This document shows positions 57,419 through 64,000 of a stretch of 64,000 nt of DNA, one piece after another. The DNA lies in the NCBI GenBank assembly GCA_051294905.1, contig CM119372.1:18044001-18108000 (forward strand). Direction: 5' to 3'. Made by a program: the position numbers and the translations under genes. The stretch is from Botryllus schlosseri (Eukaryota). Under the pieces are notes generated by a model. It was given only the letters and a program-made list of their open reading frames with translations. It was not told the origin of the DNA and made no database searches. How positions within the stretch are numbered: the first letter of the stretch is position 1; each line of letters starts with the position of its first letter.

Positions 57419-58051
57419 GACTAGAAGGAAACCACAACACCACAGTAGGATGCTCATAATGTGACCTATGAATAATTGAACATATACTCGACATTTTCTA
57501 TCTTGAGGGATTATTTGATGATAATATTTCGGGCAAAAATCTCAACATTTGTAAGAAATGTACTGGATAATACACTATACTGCCATTTTTCAAAATAGCT
57601 TCGCGGGCCGGATGCGGCGAGCCGGCCGTATGTTTGACACCCCTGAATTAGAGGGAACATTGGTAGTGAGGATGTTTTCGAATAGACCTGCTGAAATTAC
57701 ACGATCGTAGTCACTGTATAAGAGTTAATTTATCAACGAGAATTATACGATACGATATAACGACCGTAAAGCAGCTTCGGTCGGAGAGAGGAATTGAAGT
57801 TTCCAACCAGCTGGTTCTCCGTATGGAATTAGATCATCTGTAATTGCGAATACACTTCGCAGTCATTCCTTGCTTCCCAGGTATCATAAAACACGGTCGA
57901 CATGAACGCTGCAGCTACAAGTTTGATGTTGACTTGGCTTACTGATCGATTAAATAATTCATGCTGACTTAAAGAGAATATTTATATGTGTATTTATATA
58001 TAGTGTTGATTGGTTTTTGGCTTTCGCCGCCCTAGGTGGGAAGCGCTAACT

Positions 58052-58438
58052 GGTGTGCGGTCAATACCGAGAATGCTATTACCGAGAAGGACAATACCGA
58101 GAATGGACATTAGCGAGAATGGACGCCACCGAGAATGGACATTACCGAGAATGCAATATATGCAATGCAGGCATGTTATGCATATGAACAGGTCGTGTGT
58201 GTACATCACGGCGTTTCCACATTCGGTATCGATTCTCAGGTATAAATTTCTCGACAACGTCTGTTAATGATAGATTCTTGGTATTGGCAATTTCTCGGTA
58301 ATGTCCATTCTCGGTAATGACCGTTCTCGGTAATCTCCATTCTCGGTAATGTCCGTTTTCGGTAATGTCCATTCTCGGTAATAGCATTCTCGGTAATGTC
58401 CATCTCGGTAATAGCATTCTCGGTAATAGCATGGATCC
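58052..58438. mobile_element. Foldback/MITE, Mutator-like by TSD length, with inverted 15-bp subterminal arrays
   Basis: (attaccgagaatggac)n on the left and (gtccattctcggtaat)n on the right; GG...CC ends; 9-bp TSD gcgctaact (58043-58051, 58439-58447). Confidence 0.85.
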
Positions 58439-59356
58439 GCGCTAACTGTGTTAATTTCTCTGGATGAAGCTATATAATCGATTGTGACGACATACAGGAA
58501 TGGTAGCGTATTTTCATATTGGAAATATAAATATTGTAATTCGCGAATCTCATCCCTATATTCAATATCTATTAGGCTGCTTCTCGTTGCTCATATCTTT
58601 TCGTGGTGTTCTTATGGAAAATATTGCAATTTGGTGCAGCATGACAAATTCCTCAGTGTTGCGACGAAATCCACTCCGAAATTTATCTTCTTCTATGATG
58701 TTGAAAGTTTAAGTCTGGATGTCTTTCATCGGCTGCCACCATTTACGACAGTAAGGAAAACCGACCTGGAAGCATATATATTTCAAATCAAAACACAACA
58801 AGATTGTGATATAATGATTCCGCGATAATCTCATAAATAGTTTTAACCGTGTGAATATGGCAAACGTGCACTAAATTTTCGAAAGCCCCATCTCAATCAG
58901 CTCTGTCTGTAAATCTGATAACGTGATGGTCTGAGAGAGGATAAAAATGAATAGTAATGTAGGAATGAAACATATAGGCCTATATCGAAATGCTTGAAAA
59001 TCGTTTTCGCTTCACGTGACGATCTTACATTACATCAATTCCCTCGATTTTGGCACGGATAACAATAGGTATATAAGTAAGTCTCACGTTTGCCGTTACC
59101 TATTTCTATCGTTCTTGAATCAGGTAATATAAGACTTAGTTCGCGATAGGGAAGGGGTGTGTATGTTTTTGCGAACCATATGGATAAAGAGTAGTGAGGA
59201 AATTGCCCGGAGTAAAAGCCAGTCTGGGGAAGTCTGAGAGGACGACTTGCTTTAACGTGGTGTTAAGGCTCTCGACAAAGATCGTGAAAAATCAATACCG
59301 TGATTCCCAAACTCGTGCGTCCTGGTGCTCGCCATTCGTCCAAGTAACCTCACACC

Positions 59357-60604
59357 CAGGGCCGTAACAGCACTTCGTCAGGCCCCCCCCCAAAACGTTG
59401 GCCGTGGGCCCCCCATAGGGTGATAAGCCTAACTTCTGGGGGGCCGTTTGGTGAATCAGCTTTTCCCGCCTAGACGCGCGAAGCGCGAATAATTTCAGTA
59501 AATCATGATTGAATCAGGCAATATGATCGGGAATTACATATATATATTGCTATCAATTTTGATCCTCTCCCTGCTCACGTAATCAGATTTACCGGTAGAG
59601 CTGAGCGAGGTATGTTTTAAAACGTAGGACCGCCCAATAATAATTAGACAACTTCGGGCGTATACCCATTGGCAGGAACGAAACAGCACTTCGTCAGCCT
59701 CGCCACCCCACAAAAACTTGGGTTTGGGGGTCTCATAGGGTGATAAACCGACCCCTCATCACAGTGTTCGCTTTTGCCACGAAATTAGCTGCATTGTTTA
59801 GTGAGCCAGCTCGAAGCGCGAAAATTTTCGATAATTCATGATACAATCGGTCGATAAGATCGGGAATTGCTAATATATTGCTATCAATATCTTGTCCTCT
59901 CTGCTCACGTTATCAGATTTACCTGAAACTGTAGGGCCCGTAAATAATAATTAAACATCTTCGGACGGACCCGTTGGTATGACTTCGTTACATGATTTTA
60001 TTTCGTGACCTCCTGTCTGCTATATCAAAAATATAGAATCGCTCAAACGTACTAAACTAAAAGACGCACACGATTTCAAATTGGTATTTCTTCACAGGCA
60101 TATATTTTTTTCCTGCTGGATGGTATTTGTCTTCTGAGGTTCAGATTGCCAAGACAGGAAGCAACATATGGCGCCAGTCATTTAGGCGCCTATGGACAAT
60201 TAAACCTATTATTTTGTATATATAACGAAGTTTTCGGTCTGCGTAAGGGCAGTCTGTTTCGGCCAAGCTTTTCGTGCTGCCGATCGTTCTGGCACACTTC
60301 TTGGAGTCGCATGTAATAAGTCCTAAATCGTTATACATCTTGGTGCGTAGTGGCGTATTAATGGCCAACGCCGATATGTCCATTTCTATAAATCTTGCGT
60401 GTTTTTTCTTGGGGGAAGAGTACCAAATAATCAAGATATTTGGCAACTTTAAATCGCGCGCAGCGCGAAAAATTTTGGAAAATATTGCATAAATTTTCAA
60501 AAAATACTCTATAATTTATGCTAATTCACGAAATAATTTGGGGCCCCCTTCGAGCTCGGGCCCCCCCCAATTGGGGGGTTTGGGGTGCGGCAGTTACGGT
60601 GCTG
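59357..60604. mobile_element. Non-autonomous hAT element with ~320-bp internal tandem duplication, inserted in a coding exon
   Basis: TIR cagggccgtaac/gttacggtgctg; perfect TSD ctcacacc (59349-59356, 60605-60612). Units at ~59367-59680 and ~59683-59970. Confidence 0.88.
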
Positions 60605-63336
60605 CTCACACCAATATCTACCAGTGTCGCCAGCTTCAACTCGATCAATTGTCAATTCCTCTTCTGCAAAATTGCACGGAATTATACCAATTTCAGTTGC
60701 AAGAGAAATGGCATTGACTCATTAGTTACCGTTGTACGATATTCTGTCTTTGCGACTGCCAGAGCGCCGGGTGTGGTACTGTGTAGGTCCGGACATTAAC
60801 TTCTGCTCTATTATTGTTTCGAAATGATTTGCCCATTCGTTTGTCGGTCCCTTGAGCCAAGCCACTCCGTCACACCAGCGACATCTAGATAGAAATATTC
60901 ACTGGCTAAAGATAAAATGTTCATGTTGTAGCCTTCGCCGTCGTAAGGGGATCAACGGCCAACACCATTCATGAAAATTAAAATTAATTCGGGTGTTAGC
61001 ACCATTTTGGAACTAGGAGAAGTGGCCACTTGGCAGTAATGAAGGACTTACAATTTTTCAGCGTATAGTGGAGGTTGTGGCTACTTGAACCACATACACT
61101 CAAGTCCATGGTAATATTTTTAGACTACTGCTGCTACTAACTAGGCCTACTTCAACCGTGTTTCAAGCAAAACGACGAACTTTTCGCTTCCGAAATTATT
61201 TCAACTATAGAAAGTAGTTTTGGAGATAATATATCTGTATTATTTGTGATAATGAAATCATTACCACAGCCGAGCGATATAGATATTAGGCCAAACACGA
61301 CATTCGAAATATATGAACTAAGCGGGTGAGGAAAGTATGAAGCAATATCTAAATCAGTGGTTCTCGACCTTTTTGGCTTCGCGGTCCCCTTTTCGACCGT
61401 CACGGACCCCCTCAAGTTTTACTTCAAATTTGACTCAATTATGGTGCGACCGTCATCTGTCTTGTGTAAATATGAACTGTGGGCTTGTGACAACAGCAAC
61501 TAAATAACTTTTCTTGGAAAATAATATCATACAATTTCTGTAGAATTAGGGTAGACTTTTAATATTTCAAAGCTAATTTTGCAGCTGTATTTTTTTCCAC
61601 AAACCCCAACAAAGCGTCTCTAAACAGCAATATGTTTGTATCAGTAGCCTAAGCACAATTGGATATTTCATGTCAGACGATTATTCTGATGATGTGATTA
61701 ATGAGGTTTCAGCAGTTGTGGAGGAAAACTGCCTCATGCTTTCCCCAATTAAAAAAAGGTTATCAATCATTTTGCAAATTTAGAGGTCCCGTGGACCCCC
61801 TGAAATTGCTTCGCAGGCCCCTAGGCAATTCCAGCAATTCCACATTTAAGCCAGCTTCAAAGCTGTGTTATAGTGTCATACAAACTTCACGTAATTCCGG
61901 CCATATGGCGCACTAATATTAAGTTGGTAATAACAGATGCGAAATTGGGTTTGGGGGGGGGCTACGATTACATACTTGTAGACCCCCGGAAAGTCTTGCC
62001 CAGCCCCCTAATCGTAGGGCCACCACTGCATATACCTTTTCGAAGTGCACTGTATAGTTTTTGCTTAACTACTCTAATTCAATTGACTGTATTTGAAGAC
62101 TTGAACGACGTGCTTTGTACATTTAGATCGAGATTCCTCCGCGTAGGAAGTAGACTAGTAGACTTTGGATAGACTTACGTCACTTCTATCAGTACAATTG
62201 CTAGAAAAATTGGATATGAGTTTGAAATTGCAGCTGTGTTCTAGGGTACGCTATCAGGCATAAACACATCGTCTGGGAAGGCATATATATTTCATTACCT
62301 GCATTGTAAGGTAACTGAATTTCCAGCGGTAATCGATTCGACACCTGTCGACATCAGTAATCGGTCGCTATTTTCATCTAGATCCCAACTGCTAGCTGTC
62401 GATTTTAAGGTAATCGATACTGCATCCATCCCGTATTCCGCATCCTCCCCAGTTTGCACTACACACCAATACTTTCCGATATCACCTTCGTGAAACTTGC
62501 ATAAATTTTGGAAAAGATGTTCACATGAAGGCAGTGAAAACTGTATTTAAAGGGGATATATAGGCTACCCCTACCTTTTTCAGTTTCATGTCATTGTCGC
62601 CAGTTCCTGTCACCACTAACCGCTTGGCAAATTGTTTATCAAACACTTTGAAATCTGCATAATGGGTTCCGTGTGAAGTGAGGGAGACGGTGTAGGAAGC
62701 GATCCGCGAAGCAGACATAAGTCGTTGCCCTCTTTTCCAAGTGATAGTAACCGGATTCGTTGACTTCGGGCAAGTGGAAAATTTGCAACCTAGGTTGACA
62801 GCATATCCGGGTTCGACAAGAAGCGCGTTGTTCTACAACAATACATTGGTTTCGATAACAGTTGGCAAATTGACATGCGTGGTGAATTTTTGTAGGTTAG
62901 CGTAGGCTACTTGTCATAAAGCACGAGAGTCGATGCATGAGTGAGTAATGCTATGCAATACATGCTTTAATTATCGAACCACGCAGTTCGCGTTGTAGTG
63001 TGTAATTGATTGCGATCACTGATTGCGATTGCCTATTAGATGAAGTGGTCTGTAACGAAGTAGGCTACTTATTTACTTACTTATTTTTAAACTGTAGACA
63101 TCTTTAAATCAGTGGTTTCAACCTAGGGTCGTATTCGGCTTCCCAAATAGGCCGTGACCAAGGTATTCTAGTGATATCCTATTAAATTTATTTGAATTAT
63201 TCCACGTCAGCAAAAATACAAAAAAATGCGCAATTTTCATCCGTACCAAGGTTGTCATCATCATTGCAATTTTTGTACTCCGCACAAGTGCGTATACCAT
63301 CCCACAGGTTGAAAAGCACTGGTAGGCTACTTAAAA

Positions 63337-63737
63337 TAGGGTTACCATATGTCCTCTATTAAGAGGATTTGTCCTATTTTTTTGACTTTTTTGAGAGTGT
63401 CCTCGGAGGACGCCCTTTTATCCTCTTTTTTGAGATTTTGTCCTCTTTTTTGAGAATTTTGGTGATATTTATAGCAAAATTTGACTGAGATGCCGTAAAT
63501 TAGCACCGAAATGACGGTCCGGCGGGTAGTGGAAAGTTGACCTTTTTTTTAGTCAACCACCCGACAACGTGAAGGAAAAAACTGTATTTTGGGCACCGAG
63601 CGAGAAAGTTGACCTTTTTTTATTAGTCAACCGACCACAAAGTGGGAAATTTTTTTGAGAATTCTACTCCGGTTTTGCAAGTTAGAAAATTCTGAAAAAG
63701 TGTCCACTTTTTAGATTTCCAAAATATGGTAACCCTA
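63337..63737. mobile_element. Intact hAT MITE in intron 1 of the VCBP-like gene
   Basis: TIR tagggttaccatat/atatggtaacccta; tgtcctctttttt repeats; sibling of 51983-54231. Confidence 0.85.
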
Positions 63738-64000
63738 AATTATAATCACCTGTGTCGTGGCGGTAATGATTATCTTGTTTTCGGAAGTTTGTGGAAATAA
63801 ATTATTCTTAACCCATGACAGGCTTATTTGGTCTTCTTGAGATTTCCTTGTCACTTCCGTGAGTTCCGCTGTTTTGACTGCTATTCCACGAACGGTCCAG
63901 CATGTCCCGAAAAACAGAAGCAGGCTCAGAAATTTTGGCTTCATTTATCACAACAGATGCCGATATATTGGTACAGGTAATAATTAAATGTGCATATGCA

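Larger units (their letters stand above)
55345..57662. mobile_element. hAT element containing further nested MITEs
   Basis: TIR caatgttccct/agggaacattg; perfect 8-bp TSD gtagtgag (55337-55344, 57663-57670). Confidence 0.85.
50621..59233 (-). pseudogene. Putative downstream exons of the VCBP-like gene (59233-59100 or 58765-58740, then 57837-57765, 57713-57663+55336-55218, 50954-50870, 50765-50621), encoding an unrecognised C-terminal region
   Basis: All junctions are GT-AG and phase-compatible. The frame stays open across the 55345-57662 hAT insertion site, and AATAAA (50511-50506) lies ~110 nt after the stop. Two donors are weak and no homology was recognised. Confidence 0.4.
59299..63944 (-). 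pseudogene. VCBP-like secreted protein with two V-type Ig domains, disrupted in this haplotype. Exons: 63944-63750, 62832-62575, 62495-62299, 60884-60730, 60663-60605+59348-59299
   Basis: Signal peptide MKPKFLSLLLFFGTCWTVRG. V1: LVEPGYAVNLGCKF...VTITWKRG...MKLKKFHEGDIGKYWCVVQTGEDAEYGMDAVSITLK. V2: AGNSVTLQCRCRWCDGVAWLKGPT...RISYNEEELTIDRVEAGDTGRYWCEVTWTNGE. The CxCxxC...W..GPT start of V2 and the two YWC motifs match amphioxus VCBP as I recall it. A hAT element interrupts V2 after YWCE. The acceptor at 62495 is AAG. Confidence 0.8.

Noticed and set aside
58052..58438. CRISPR-like array or repeat-protein ORFs (57994-58432)
   Set aside because: Contiguous 15-bp units without unique spacers, inverted between the two arms, with a 9-bp TSD: a foldback transposon.
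59349..60612. Introner-like self-removal of the exonic hAT using GT/AG in its TSD (ggtgtgag)
   Set aside because: Either GT paired with the terminal AG deletes 5 or 7 coding nt, causing a frameshift, and there is no pyrimidine tract before that AG.
62179..62233. Extra small exon in the VCBP-like gene (…SNCTDRSD|gtaag)
   Set aside because: It exits in phase 0, while the next V2 exon needs phase 2, and direct joining already gives the CxCxxC motif.

Overview
AT-rich, intron-containing animal DNA. It is most likely an ascidian/tunicate, inferred from many 50-80 nt introns, a VCBP-type gene and unpaired splice acceptors. Four genes can be assembled by hand. (1) An extended synaptotagmin (ESYT2/3-like; TM hairpin, SMP, 3 C2), minus strand, 22273 down to 726, running off the window. 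(2) An intronless lebercilin (LCA5), minus, 23339-25600, only ~1 kb upstream of ESYT: a candidate trans-spliced operon. (3) An 11-exon paxillin-family gene (5 LD, 4 LIM), plus, 31310-47844. (4) A secreted VCBP-like two-V-domain immunoglobulin gene, minus, from 63944. Its V2 exon is split by a hAT element, and it appears to continue into a non-chitin-binding C-terminal region that a second hAT element also splits. Between LCA5 and paxillin is a four-level nest (hAT > hAT > Penelope-like retroelement with a minimal hammerhead ribozyme > 9-bp-TSD foldback element with telomere-like repeats), with every target-site duplication readable. 49-64 kb is dense in nested hAT MITEs and tRNA-derived SINEs. 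All exon models are manual and untested against transcripts.
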